A stretch of DNA of 64,000 bases from an uncultured Ruminococcus sp. (lineage in GTDB: Bacteria; Bacillota; Clostridia; Oscillospirales; CAG-382). Positions within the stretch are counted from its first letter, which is position 1. Every line of letters begins with the position of its first letter. The translations under genes and the position numbers were made by a program. Where the stretch lies: contig CAZNCN010000005.1 in NCBI GenBank assembly GCA_964571635.1, positions 15,788 to 79,787 on the forward strand, given 5' to 3'. Below the pieces are notes generated by a model. That model worked only from the letters and a program-made list of their open reading frames with translations, was not told where the DNA came from and searched no databases. Shown here in pieces: positions 1-9,616 of the stretch.

Positions 1-96
1 TTCGGCGTGACATACCGCGAGGACAGATCGATTGTTGTCGACGCCATCAAAGCATTACAAAGGGAAGGAGCATACCCCGAAGCATTATGGAATTAA
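1..96 (+). CDS. 3' end of a sugar-phosphate nucleotidyltransferase-like gene (partial; start lies outside the window)
   Basis: The frame is open from base 1 to TAA at 94-96 (FGVTYREDRSIVVDAIKALQREGAYPEALWN*). It overlaps the next start by 10 nt. The product guess rests only on this 31-aa tail and on the kinase neighbour. Confidence 0.3.
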   Translation, partial: FGVTYREDRSIVVDAIKALQREGAYPEALWN

Positions 97-1169
97 AAGC
101 GATCGCATCCGCCTTTGAGATCAGGGGCAATATAACAGACATTCAAAAAATAACCATGGGCCATATCAACGAGACTCACAGGATCTCGTGCGATATGGGC
201 ACCGATTATATTCTGCAAAAAATCAACACCGGCATCTTTAAAGATCCGTATGCGCTCACCGAGAATATTCTCGCCGTGACAGAGCACCTCGGCAAGACCG
301 TTCTTGCGCGTGGCGGCGACAGAGAGCGTGAGGCAATGACGCTCGTTCCTCTCAAAAACGGTGGCTATCTCTTTGAAAACGACGGTGCGTTTTATAGAAT
401 GTACATATGCATTTCTAACGCCACATGCTATAATTCCGCAGAGATAAAGGGGCTTTTCAAGAGCTCGGCAAGGGCATTTGGCAGATTTCAAACGTTGCTC
501 AGCGATTTTCCCGCAGAGCGCTTGCACGAAACCATACCGATGTTTCACAACACGCCAAAGCGTATGCGTGATCTCGAAGCATCTGTCATGGCAAATGCTT
601 CGGGCAGACTTTCCGAATGTTTGGGCGAGGTTGGCTTCTTTTATGCACGCAGGGATTTTTGCAGCAAGATAGTTTCAAAGCTCGGCAGCGGTGAACTGCC
701 TATGCGAGTCACGCACAACGACACCAAGCTCAACAACGTCATGATAGACAACGACACGCACGAGGGCATCTGCGTCATCGATCTCGATACGGTCATGCCC
801 GGCTCGGTGCTTTATGATTTCGGCGACAGCATCAGATTTGGTGCTTCGACTGCCGCAGAGGACGAAAAGGACTTGTCAAAGGTGTCTATGTCGCTCGACC
901 TTTTTGAAGAATACGTCGACGGCTTTATTTCTGAGGCGGGCTCATCGCTCACAGAGCTCGAGCTCGATATGCTGCCGATAGGTGCTATAATGATGACGCT
1001 CGAATGCGGTATGCGCTTTTTGGCAGACCACATCGACGGCGACAAATATTTTTCTCTGCATTACGAGGGTCAGAACCTCGACCGTGCACGCACTCAGATC
1101 AAGCTGGTGAGCGACATGGAGCGCAAAATAGGCGCTATGCAGGCGATAGTCAAAAAATACAGAGGATAA
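87..1169 (+). CDS. APH-fold sugar anomeric kinase, N-acetylhexosamine 1-kinase (NahK)-like
   Basis: 360 aa. It has the catalytic loop VTHNDTKLNNVMID, the metal-binding IDLDTVMPG and then DFGDSIRFGAS. Length and motifs match the NahK/AmgK-type phosphotransferase family as I recall it. Confidence 0.65.
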   Translation: MELKAIASAFEIRGNITDIQKITMGHINETHRISCDMGTDYILQKINTGIFKDPYALTENILAVTEHLGKTVLARGGDREREAMTLVPLKNGGYLFENDGAFYRMYICISNATCYNSAEIKGLFKSSARAFGRFQTLLSDFPAERLHETIPMFHNTPKRMRDLEASVMANASGRLSECLGEVGFFYARRDFCSKIVSKLGSGELPMRVTHNDTKLNNVMIDNDTHEGICVIDLDTVMPGSVLYDFGDSIRFGASTAAEDEKDLSKVSMSLDLFEEYVDGFISEAGSSLTELELDMLPIGAIMMTLECGMRFLADHIDGDKYFSLHYEGQNLDRARTQIKLVSDMERKIGAMQAIVKKYRG

Positions 1170-1178
1170 TCAGCAAAA

Positions 1179-2105
1179 ATGAGGATTGGCATTGATATAG
1201 GCGGCACTTCCATGACCGCCGCACTGGTCGACGGCGCTGCCGTCAGCTTTAAGCAACGCTCTGCTACGGCAGGCATGAAGAGCGAGCAGGCGCTCGTTGA
1301 CACGGTATTTGCGACGCTCGACAGACTTTTTGCCGAAAGCGGCATAAGCAAAAGCGAGATCTCGTCGATAGGCATCGGCGTTCCGGGCAGGACGGATGTC
1401 GCTGCCGGCACTGCTGTCAGCGCAGGCAATCTGCCTGTCAGAAACACCTGCTTTAAAATACTGCTCGAGGACAGATACGGCATAAAGACCTATCTCGACA
1501 ACGACGCAAACTGCGCCGCCTGGGGCGAATTTTGTGAGGGTCACGGCAAAGGACTTCACGACATGGTTATGGTTACGCTCGGCACAGGCATCGGTGGCGG
1601 AATAATCATCGACGGCAAGATACTGCACGGGCAGGAGAACCACGCAGGCGAGCTCGGACATCAGGTCATTGATATTCACGGCAAGCGCTGCCCCTGCGGC
1701 AGGGTCGGCTGCTGGGAGACCGTTGCCTCGACCAAGGCACTTTCACAGCGTGTCGCACAGGAGGTAATGGCTGTTCCATATGGCTTGCTCGCCGAGGTTG
1801 TCAACGAAAACGGCGGCAAGATCGACGGCAGAACGCTGTTTACCGCATTGAAGCGAGGCGACAGAGTCGCGATGGATATTTTCGACGAATATATCGAGAT
1901 GCTTTCTGTCGGCATAATCAACATTTTAGAGGCGTTCAGACCTCAGATGCTTGTCATCGGCGGCGGCGTCAGCAAAGAGGGCGACACATTGCTTGCGCCG
2001 CTTCGCAAGCTGATAGGTGAAACTCCGTGCAGGATCGAAACCTCGGCGCTTGCCGACGAGGCAGGACTTATCGGTGCGGCATTGCTCGACCTTTCGCAGA
2101 AATAA
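1179..2105 (+). CDS. glcK: ROK-family glucokinase
   Basis: 308 aa. The N-terminus has the ATP-binding motif IGIDIGGT. The ROK zinc motif CPCGRVGCWET and AGELGH are present. An AGAGGA RBS lies upstream. Confidence 0.8.
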   Translation: MRIGIDIGGTSMTAALVDGAAVSFKQRSATAGMKSEQALVDTVFATLDRLFAESGISKSEISSIGIGVPGRTDVAAGTAVSAGNLPVRNTCFKILLEDRYGIKTYLDNDANCAAWGEFCEGHGKGLHDMVMVTLGTGIGGGIIIDGKILHGQENHAGELGHQVIDIHGKRCPCGRVGCWETVASTKALSQRVAQEVMAVPYGLLAEVVNENGGKIDGRTLFTALKRGDRVAMDIFDEYIEMLSVGIINILEAFRPQMLVIGGGVSKEGDTLLAPLRKLIGETPCRIETSALADEAGLIGAALLDLSQK

Positions 2106-2121
2106 AGGGTCATAAAAGACA

Positions 2122-3840
2122 ATGAAAAGACTTGCAAAATATCTTAAGGGCTATAAAAAAGAGATCTGCCTCGGCCCGTTGCTGAAGTTGCTCGAGGCAT
2201 CTCTCGAATTGCTCGTTCCGCTGGTCGTCAGCCAAATAATCGACATCGGCATTCCCGCTGAGGATAAAGGCTATATATTAAAAATGGCGCTTCTGATGGT
2301 ATTGCTCGGGCTTTTGGGGCTCGGCTGTACCGTTTTGGCGCAGTATTATTCGGCAAAGGCGTCTGTCGGCTTTGCTTCAAAGCTCAGGCATTCTGTGTTT
2401 GAGCATATACAGGGGTTTGACTATCGCACGCTCGATACGCTCGGCTCTGCAACGCTTATAACACGCATGACAGGCGACATAAACCAGATACAGACAGGTC
2501 TGAACCTTGCACTCAGACTGCTGCTGCGCTCGCCGTTCGTGGTGTTCGGTGCCATGATCATGGCGTTCACCATCGATGTACAGTCGGCGTTGATATTCGC
2601 TGTTGCGATACCTGTGCTTGCGGTCGTTGTGTTCGGCATAATGCTTTCGTGCATTCCGCTTTACAAAAAGGTGCAGCATGCGCTCGACGGAGTTTTGCTC
2701 ACCACCAAAGAGAACCTCGCAGGTGCGAGGGTGATAAGAGCTTTCGGCAGAGAAAAGGCAGAGGAGAACCGCTTTGACGGCGAGAGCAAAATATTGCTCG
2801 GACTGCAAAAGCTGGTCGGCAGGATCTCTGCGCTGCTCAATCCCGTGACGCTCGTGCTTATCAACTTTGCCACGCTTGTGCTGATAGTCAGCGGCGGCAA
2901 GGGCGTTGATTCGGGCGTGCTCACGCAGGGACAGGTCATTGCGCTTTACAACTATATGTCGCAGATACTTGTCGAGCTGATAAAGCTGGCAGACCTGATA
3001 ATCAATATAACAAAGTCGGTCGCCTGCGCAGACAGGGTCGCAGACCTCCTCGATATTCCCACGGGTGAGGAGGTCACAAAAGGGCTGCCCGAGGGCGACA
3101 GAAATGCCAAGGTCGAGTTTAAAAACGTTTCTATCTGCTACGGAGGTGCGGGAGATAACTCGCTTGCTGACATATCATTCAAGGCGATGCCCGGCGAAAG
3201 CATCGGCATCATCGGCGGCACAGGCTCGGGCAAGAGCTCGCTCGTCAATCTGATACCGAGGTTTTATCTGGCAACAGAGGGCAGTGTCTATATCGACGGC
3301 GAAGATGTCAGAGGTCTTGATGCGGCTGAATTGAGAGGCAGGATCGGCATCGTTCCCCAAAAAGCAAAGCTTTTCAGAGGCACTATGCGAGAGAACCTCT
3401 GCTTTGGCAGAGAGGCGGACGACAAGGCATTGTATAAGGCACTTGAGGCGGCGCAGGCACTCGATGTTGCCAAAGCCAAGGGCGGACTCGATGCCGAGAT
3501 CGAGCAGGACGGCAGAAATCTGTCGGGCGGTCAGCGCCAAAGGCTCACGATAGCGCGTGCGCTCGTCGGTCAGCCCGAGGTGTTGATACTTGATGACAGT
3601 GCTTCGGCACTCGATTTTGCCACCGATGCGGCACTCAGAAAAGCACTCAGAGAGCTTGACTTCAAGACGACTGTGTTTATTGTTTCGCAGCGCACCTCGT
3701 CGGTCGCCCACTGTGATAAGATAATCGTGCTCGACGACGGCAGGGCAGTCGGCATCGGCACTCATGACGCTTTGCTCGACTCCTGCGAGGTGTATCGCGA
3801 GATATACGATTCGCAGTTTAAGAAGGAGGGCGCGCAATGA
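2122..3840 (+). CDS. ABC exporter, fused permease/ATPase (heterodimer partner 1)
   Basis: 572 aa. An N-terminal 6-TM region is followed by Walker A GGTGSGKSS, the signature LSGGQRQR and Walker B LILDD. Confidence 0.85.
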   Translation: MKRLAKYLKGYKKEICLGPLLKLLEASLELLVPLVVSQIIDIGIPAEDKGYILKMALLMVLLGLLGLGCTVLAQYYSAKASVGFASKLRHSVFEHIQGFDYRTLDTLGSATLITRMTGDINQIQTGLNLALRLLLRSPFVVFGAMIMAFTIDVQSALIFAVAIPVLAVVVFGIMLSCIPLYKKVQHALDGVLLTTKENLAGARVIRAFGREKAEENRFDGESKILLGLQKLVGRISALLNPVTLVLINFATLVLIVSGGKGVDSGVLTQGQVIALYNYMSQILVELIKLADLIINITKSVACADRVADLLDIPTGEEVTKGLPEGDRNAKVEFKNVSICYGGAGDNSLADISFKAMPGESIGIIGGTGSGKSSLVNLIPRFYLATEGSVYIDGEDVRGLDAAELRGRIGIVPQKAKLFRGTMRENLCFGREADDKALYKALEAAQALDVAKAKGGLDAEIEQDGRNLSGGQRQRLTIARALVGQPEVLILDDSASALDFATDAALRKALRELDFKTTVFIVSQRTSSVAHCDKIIVLDDGRAVGIGTHDALLDSCEVYREIYDSQFKKEGAQ

Positions 3841-5585
3841 AAGAAATGAAAGGCAAGTCACTCAAAAAGATTCTCAGATATATAAAGCCCTACCGCATTT
3901 CAGTCGTTTTTTCGATAATATGTGCGGCACTCACCGTCATGTTTACGCTTTATGTTCCTATGGTCATAGGCGATATGATAGACCTGATGGTCGGTGTCGG
4001 CGAGGTCGACCTCGAATATATGATGCATTTGTTCGTGAGAGGGCTTGTGTGTGCAGGAGCGGCATCGCTGTTTCAATGGATATCCGGCTCGCTCAACAAT
4101 CGCATAGCTTTTGGCGTAATGCGTGATGTGAGGCGTGATGCATTTAACAAATTGCACAGATTGCCATTGTCGTATCTCGACACGCACCCGTCCGGCGAAA
4201 CGGTCAGCAGGGTCATTGCCGATGTCGAAACGCTTTCGGATGGTCTGCTGCTCGGATTTTCAAACCTTTTCAGTGGTGTAGCGACTATAATCGGCACGCT
4301 CGTCGTGATGTTTGTGCTCAGCCCGACAATTGCGGCAGTCGTCGTCATTTTGACACCGATGTCGTTTTTGGTGGCAAAATATATTTCTTCACGCACCTAT
4401 GGCTTCTTTAAGGCACAGACAGAGTCACGCGGCGAGCAGACTGCCGTCATCGATGAGTATATCGGCGGCATTCGAACTGTCAAAGCGTTCGGCTATGAGA
4501 ACGATGCAATAAAAATATTCGACAAGACTAACGATAAGCTTTCGGAAAATTCATTGAAAGCGATATTCTTTTCCTCGCTCACCAACCCCAGCACACGATT
4601 TGTCAACGCAGTCGTTTATGCGGCAGTTGTGCTTTGCGGCGGATTTACCTGTATCGCTACTGCGGGAACGGCGGCGGCGTTCAGCGTCGGCAGCCTTTCG
4701 GTGCTTTTGCAGTATGCGGGCAAGTTTGCAAAGCCGTTTAATGAGATCTCTGGCGTTATAACCGAGTTTCAGAACGCTATCGCTTGCGCTACGAGGGTGA
4801 TCGATCTTATCGATGAGCCGGACGAGCCAAAGGATGGCGAGTTGATATTACCCGAGGCTGACGGCGAGGTCAGACTCGACAACGTCAGTTTTTCATACGA
4901 CAAGTCACGCACGCTGCTCACAGATATTTCGCTGTCGGTCAAGCCCGGTCAGAGAGTTGCGATAGTCGGCCCGACAGGTTGCGGCAAGACAACGCTTATC
5001 AACCTTTTGATGCGGTTTTATGATGTTGACGACGGCAGTATTTCAGTTGACGGCAAGGATATAAGAGATGTCACCCGAGCCTCGCTCAGACAGTCGTACG
5101 GTATGGTGTTGCAGGAGACATGGCTGCTTACCGCCACCGTCCGTGAAAACATCGCAATGGCAAAGCCCGACGCCACCGACGAAGAGATAATCGCAGCGGC
5201 AAAGGCATCGCATGCCGATTCGTTCATCAGGCGCTTGCCTAAGGGCTATGATACCGTCATAAGTGATGACTATGGGTTGTCACAGGGCCAAAAGCAGCTT
5301 TTGTGCATATCACGCATAATGCTCAGGCTGCCGCCTATGCTGATACTTGACGAGGCGACCTCGTCTATAGACACGCGAACCGAAATGAAGATACAGAATG
5401 CGTTTGCACGCCTCATGCAGGGCAGAACGTCGTTTATCGTTGCGCACAGGCTCTCGACGATTCGTGAGTCCGACGTGATACTCGTCATGAAGGACGGCAA
5501 TATAATTGAGCAGGGCAGGCACGAAGAACTGCTTAAAAACGGCGGATTCTATCACAAACTGTATAACAGCCAGTTTGAATCGTAA
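3837..5585 (+). CDS. ABC exporter, fused permease/ATPase (heterodimer partner 2)
   Basis: 582 aa. Walker A GPTGCGKTT, signature LSQGQKQL and Walker B LILDEATS are present. An ATGA start/stop overlap links it to the upstream gene. Confidence 0.85.
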   Translation: MKEMKGKSLKKILRYIKPYRISVVFSIICAALTVMFTLYVPMVIGDMIDLMVGVGEVDLEYMMHLFVRGLVCAGAASLFQWISGSLNNRIAFGVMRDVRRDAFNKLHRLPLSYLDTHPSGETVSRVIADVETLSDGLLLGFSNLFSGVATIIGTLVVMFVLSPTIAAVVVILTPMSFLVAKYISSRTYGFFKAQTESRGEQTAVIDEYIGGIRTVKAFGYENDAIKIFDKTNDKLSENSLKAIFFSSLTNPSTRFVNAVVYAAVVLCGGFTCIATAGTAAAFSVGSLSVLLQYAGKFAKPFNEISGVITEFQNAIACATRVIDLIDEPDEPKDGELILPEADGEVRLDNVSFSYDKSRTLLTDISLSVKPGQRVAIVGPTGCGKTTLINLLMRFYDVDDGSISVDGKDIRDVTRASLRQSYGMVLQETWLLTATVRENIAMAKPDATDEEIIAAAKASHADSFIRRLPKGYDTVISDDYGLSQGQKQLLCISRIMLRLPPMLILDEATSSIDTRTEMKIQNAFARLMQGRTSFIVAHRLSTIRESDVILVMKDGNIIEQGRHEELLKNGGFYHKLYNSQFES

Positions 5586-5659
5586 AAAACAGTTGATTTT
5601 GCGACGATAATGTGATAAGATAAATTGATTAATAATGAAAACGAAAGGACATATCAAAA

Positions 5660-6916
5660 ATGAGCACTCTTAAAGGCGCAGCGGTCATCGGTCAGTCCGG
5701 CGGCCCTACCTCGGTCATCAATGCATCTGCTTACGGCTGCATCAAGACCGCTCTCGAAAACGAAAACATCACAAAGGTCTATGGTTCACTCAACGGCATT
5801 CTCGGCGTTATCCATGACAACCTCATCGACATGGGCGCAGAGGATCCCGAAAATCTCGCTCTGATGAAGCAGACCCCGTCATCGGCTCTTGGCTCTTGCC
5901 GTTATAAGCTTGTCGATGCCGACGAGGATGAGACTGATTATCAGGAGATACTCAAGATATTCAAAAAATACAACATCAGATACTTCTTCTACAACGGCGG
6001 CAACGACTCGATGGATACCTGCAACAAGATCAGCAAGTATATGCTCAAAAAGGGCTATGAGTGCCGCGTAATGGGCATTCCCAAGACTATCGACAACGAC
6101 CTCGCAGCAACCGACCACTGCCCCGGCTATGCATCGGCTGCAAAATATATCGCTACCTCTATGATGGAGATATATCACGACGCTCGCGTTTATGACGCAG
6201 GTCAGATCACCGTCGTTGAGATCATGGGACGTAACGCAGGCTGGCTCACCGCCGCTGCAGCGCTCGCTTCCTACAAGGGCTGCGGCCCCGACCTCATCTA
6301 TTGCCCCGAGAACGTCTTTGACCTCGACGAGTTCACCGCAAAGGTCAAAGAGATCTATGGCAAAACCAAAAAGTGCATCGTCGCAGTCAGCGAAGGCATC
6401 AAGGATAAAGACGGCAGATATATTTCAGAGTACGGCGCAGACCTCGCTCAGAGCAAGGACAGCTTCGGCCACAGCCAGCTCGGCGGACTCGCTTCGTTCC
6501 TCGCTGCTTATCTCAGAAAAGAAACCGGCGCAAAGACCCGCGGCATAGAGCTTTCACTGCTTCAGCGCTGCGCTGCACACTGCGCATCGGCTACCGACGT
6601 CGAAGAGTCTTTCTCGGCAGGCAGAGCCGCTGTTGAGTTTGCAACCCAGGGCATCACCGACAAGATGGTCGGCTTTGAGCGCTCTTATCTCGACGGCAGA
6701 TATATGTGCAACATCGCACTTATGGACCTCTCTGTTGTCGCCAATACCGAAAAGAAGGTTCCCGCAGAATGGTTCAACGAAACCAAGGACGGCCTCAACC
6801 AGCTTTATATTGACTACGCACTGCCGCTCATTCAGGGCGATGTCGACGTCAAGAAAGAGGACGGCCTGCCCAGATTCGTCAAACTCAAGAAGGTTCTCGC
6901 AAGAGATTCCAAATAA
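5660..6916 (+). CDS. pfp: Phosphofructokinase, long clade, probably PPi-dependent
   Basis: 418 aa. The motifs are GQSGGPTSVINAS, YNGGNDSMDT and PKTIDNDL. GGNDS in place of GGDGS, together with the length, is typical of clostridial PPi-PFKs. The specificity itself is inferred. Confidence 0.75.
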   Translation: MSTLKGAAVIGQSGGPTSVINASAYGCIKTALENENITKVYGSLNGILGVIHDNLIDMGAEDPENLALMKQTPSSALGSCRYKLVDADEDETDYQEILKIFKKYNIRYFFYNGGNDSMDTCNKISKYMLKKGYECRVMGIPKTIDNDLAATDHCPGYASAAKYIATSMMEIYHDARVYDAGQITVVEIMGRNAGWLTAAAALASYKGCGPDLIYCPENVFDLDEFTAKVKEIYGKTKKCIVAVSEGIKDKDGRYISEYGADLAQSKDSFGHSQLGGLASFLAAYLRKETGAKTRGIELSLLQRCAAHCASATDVEESFSAGRAAVEFATQGITDKMVGFERSYLDGRYMCNIALMDLSVVANTEKKVPAEWFNETKDGLNQLYIDYALPLIQGDVDVKKEDGLPRFVKLKKVLARDSK

Positions 6917-6931
6917 GCATAACAAGCGTTT

Positions 6932-6964
6932 GCCGACGGGATAATTTCCCGTCGGCATTTTTTG
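6932..6964 (+). terminator. Rho-independent terminator after the PFK gene
   Basis: Stem gccgacggg / cccgtcggc with a 7-nt loop, followed by attttttg. Confidence 0.8.
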
Positions 6965-6984
6965 CGCCTTCGCCTTTATAATTG

Positions 6985-7013
6985 TTGACAATCGCCGTCA
7001 AAAATGGTATTAT
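6985..7013 (+). promoter_or_regulatory. sigA-type promoter for the cohesin-like gene
   Basis: TTGACA (6985-6990), a 17-nt spacer, then TATTAT (7008-7013). Confidence 0.45.
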
Positions 7014-7084
7014 CATGTCATAAAAGCTTGGTATGAGCTTTGCGTTTAAGATCGCTTTTAAATAGATCATTCGGAGGTATAAAA

Positions 7085-8056
7085 ATGAAAAAATCTGTCA
7101 TATTCGCCCTTGTCGCCGTCATGCTTCTGTCGGCGTGTGTCATAGGATTGAATGTTTCGGGCGCAGACTACAGCTCGTTGCTCGGCGACAAAACGTCAGA
7201 TCCGCAGTATAAGCTTGTTGTAGGCGTCGATTCAAAATATAAGCCCGGCAAAGAGATCAAGGTCACGGTCGGCATTTCTGATGTCAAGACCCCTGTTGAT
7301 CTGCTCGATTTCAAGCTGTTCTACGACAAGACAAAGGTTGAGCCGATAGTCAAGACCAACGAGGACTCTGCGAACGAAGAGATGGAGGCATTTATCATTA
7401 AGCCGACAGACTGGGATATTCTCAACTGGCTCGACGAAACAAAGGGCTTTTATAATATCGCAATAACCGACATCAAGAGCAAGAGTGCCATAAAAGACGG
7501 CGGCTTGCAGATAGAGATAGGCTTTAAGGTCAAGGCTAACGTCGAGGGCGACATAGTTTTTTATGTCAGACACGACGATGCGGATAACAACGCCGCAGAT
7601 AAAAACCTTGATTATCTTGTCGGACTCGGCAGCTATGCCGTTTCAACGCTTGCGGTTGACCCTGTCAGTGCGATAGGAGCTAAGTATAACAGCGACGGCG
7701 ACAGCCTCAAATTCGGCACTAAGTTCGTCAAAGTCGATGGCAAAAAGGTCAGCGAGATAGGCATGTATGTCATTTTCGAGAGCGACCTTGGCGGCAAGAG
7801 TGCTACCGCCTCGAACATAGTCAAGAGCTCAAAAGCAGTCAAGCTCGTGGCAGAAAAGCTTGAGAAATCAGGCTATGTCAAATATCAGGGCTTCGAAAAA
7901 TATCAAACCTTTGTTTATACCGTCACTTTTGACGGTCTCAAAAACAAGGCATCCAAAGACATTTTGGCGATGCCGTATGTCCGCTATGAGGACGGCGAAA
8001 TATTCTATGGCAACATTATTACACGCTCTTACAACGGCGTAAAAGCGGCAGGCTGA
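7085..8056 (+). CDS. Secreted or lipoprotein with an N-terminal cohesin-like domain
   Basis: The start is taken at MKKSVIFALVAVMLLSAC, which has a signal peptide, a possible lipobox and a GGAGG RBS. The segment KEIKVTVGISDVKTPVDLLDFKLFYDKTKVEP resembles a type-I cohesin beta-sandwich. The C-terminal ~140 aa are unassigned. Confidence 0.5.
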   Translation: MKKSVIFALVAVMLLSACVIGLNVSGADYSSLLGDKTSDPQYKLVVGVDSKYKPGKEIKVTVGISDVKTPVDLLDFKLFYDKTKVEPIVKTNEDSANEEMEAFIIKPTDWDILNWLDETKGFYNIAITDIKSKSAIKDGGLQIEIGFKVKANVEGDIVFYVRHDDADNNAADKNLDYLVGLGSYAVSTLAVDPVSAIGAKYNSDGDSLKFGTKFVKVDGKKVSEIGMYVIFESDLGGKSATASNIVKSSKAVKLVAEKLEKSGYVKYQGFEKYQTFVYTVTFDGLKNKASKDILAMPYVRYEDGEIFYGNIITRSYNGVKAAG

Positions 8057-8058
8057 TT

Positions 8059-8775
8059 ATGATACTGTGCTTCAGCGGCACGGGCAACACCATGCACGTT
8101 GCCCGCGCCGCTTGCGATTTATTAGGCGACAAGATAGTCAGAGTGGGCTTTGACGACCTGCCGTCCGAGGTCAAAGAGCCGCTCGGCATATTGTTTCCTG
8201 TGCATTTTTACAGTGTACCATTGCTTATGCTCGACGCTTTGAAAAGCATCGATGCGTCGGCATCGCCGTATGTTTATATCATCACCACCTGCGGCGGTGA
8301 TGCCGGCTCTGCCGCCAATATCGCCGAAAAAGCGTTGGGCAGACAGGCAGATGCGGTGTTCAATATTACGATGCCCGATAATTTTATAGTGCTTTACGAC
8401 CCGCCGAAGGATTGCACCGAAGTGCTTGCCAAAGCCGATGAGGATATCCAAACGGCACTTAGCGCCATAGCAGACAAAAAATCAAACAGGCAAAACGCAT
8501 CTGTTTGGTATAGCACTCTTGCCAAGGTGCTAAAGCCTGCTTATCGCTATTATGCGTGCAAGACAAAGCGCTTTTATCTCAAGGGCGATTGCATAGGCTG
8601 CGGCAAATGCGTCAAAGCCTGCCCCGCACACGCCATTATCATGCGTGACGGCAAGCCTGCGTGGGTCAAGCCATATTGCACAGGCTGCTTTGCCTGCATA
8701 AACCTTTGCCCCAATAATATTATCCAGCGCGGCAGATCTACCGAGCTGCGAGGCAGATATAAATACCCCGAATAA
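8059..8775 (+). CDS. Flavodoxin-like / 2x[4Fe-4S] ferredoxin fusion (EFR1-type)
   Basis: 238 aa. A flavodoxin-like N-terminus (ILCFSGTGNT) is followed by two cluster motifs, CIGCGKCVKACP and CTGCFACINLCP. Confidence 0.7.
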   Translation: MILCFSGTGNTMHVARAACDLLGDKIVRVGFDDLPSEVKEPLGILFPVHFYSVPLLMLDALKSIDASASPYVYIITTCGGDAGSAANIAEKALGRQADAVFNITMPDNFIVLYDPPKDCTEVLAKADEDIQTALSAIADKKSNRQNASVWYSTLAKVLKPAYRYYACKTKRFYLKGDCIGCGKCVKACPAHAIIMRDGKPAWVKPYCTGCFACINLCPNNIIQRGRSTELRGRYKYPE

Positions 8776-8797
8776 ATAACGATCGAGAGGAAATATC

Positions 8798-9532
8798 ATG
8801 GCATATATAAACATGCATTTTTATTCGCTGTCACTTATGAAGATGACCGAGTGCGTCGTATTGATGCCCGACGGACTGAAGGAGGGCGAAAAAGTCCCCG
8901 TGCTATATCTGTTGCACGGATTTTCTGACGACTGCACGGCGTGGACTCGCCGCACGTCGCTCGAACGCTATCTCGGCACAGAAAAGCTGTGCGTCATAAT
9001 GCCGTCCGGATATACGAGCTGGTATATCGACGGCGCTTTCGGCAGATTTTTTACTTATATCACCGACGAATTGCCGAGGCTGATGCACGCCTATTTTCCG
9101 CAATTGTCGTCAGAACGCGAGGATAACTATATCGCAGGGCTTTCGATGGGCGGCTATGGTGCGATGAAAGCGGCACTCACATATCCCGAGCGCTATTCGT
9201 TCTGCGGTGCACTTTCCGCTTCGTTCGACCTCAAAAAGCGTATCTCCACGCACGCCACGGTCAAGGCCGCCTGCGGCGATGAGAACGAGTTTTCGGGCAG
9301 TCAAAACGATCTTTTTGCCGTTGCGGAGCGTGCAAAGGATAAAGATCTGCCACGGCTTTATATTCCCTGCGGGACAGAGGACGAGCTGTGCCTTGACGAC
9401 AATATTTCATTTAAGGCGCACCTCGATGCGCTTGGCATCGAGTATGAGTCTGTCAGCGACAGCGGCACGCATTCGTGGAATTATTGGGATAAGCACATAA
9501 TTCAGGTGCTTGCCAGAATACAAAAAAAGTAG
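8798..9532 (+). CDS. Alpha/beta-hydrolase esterase (esterase D / tributyrin esterase-like)
   Basis: 244 aa. LYLLHGFSDD and the nucleophile elbow GLSMGGYGA are present. A GAGAGGA RBS lies upstream. Confidence 0.75.
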   Translation: MAYINMHFYSLSLMKMTECVVLMPDGLKEGEKVPVLYLLHGFSDDCTAWTRRTSLERYLGTEKLCVIMPSGYTSWYIDGAFGRFFTYITDELPRLMHAYFPQLSSEREDNYIAGLSMGGYGAMKAALTYPERYSFCGALSASFDLKKRISTHATVKAACGDENEFSGSQNDLFAVAERAKDKDLPRLYIPCGTEDELCLDDNISFKAHLDALGIEYESVSDSGTHSWNYWDKHIIQVLARIQKK

Positions 9533-9581
9533 TTTGCTGTCACAAAAAAGTGACAAGATGCCGATAGGATCTGTGCAAAGG

Positions 9582-9610
9582 TTGCAAAAGGCATTGTACT
9601 GTTGTATAAT
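9582..9610 (+). promoter_or_regulatory. sigA-type promoter upstream of the WYL-regulator leader
   Basis: TTGCAA (9582-9587), a 17-nt spacer, then TATAAT (9605-9610). Confidence 0.45.
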
Positions 9611-9616
9611 AAACAC

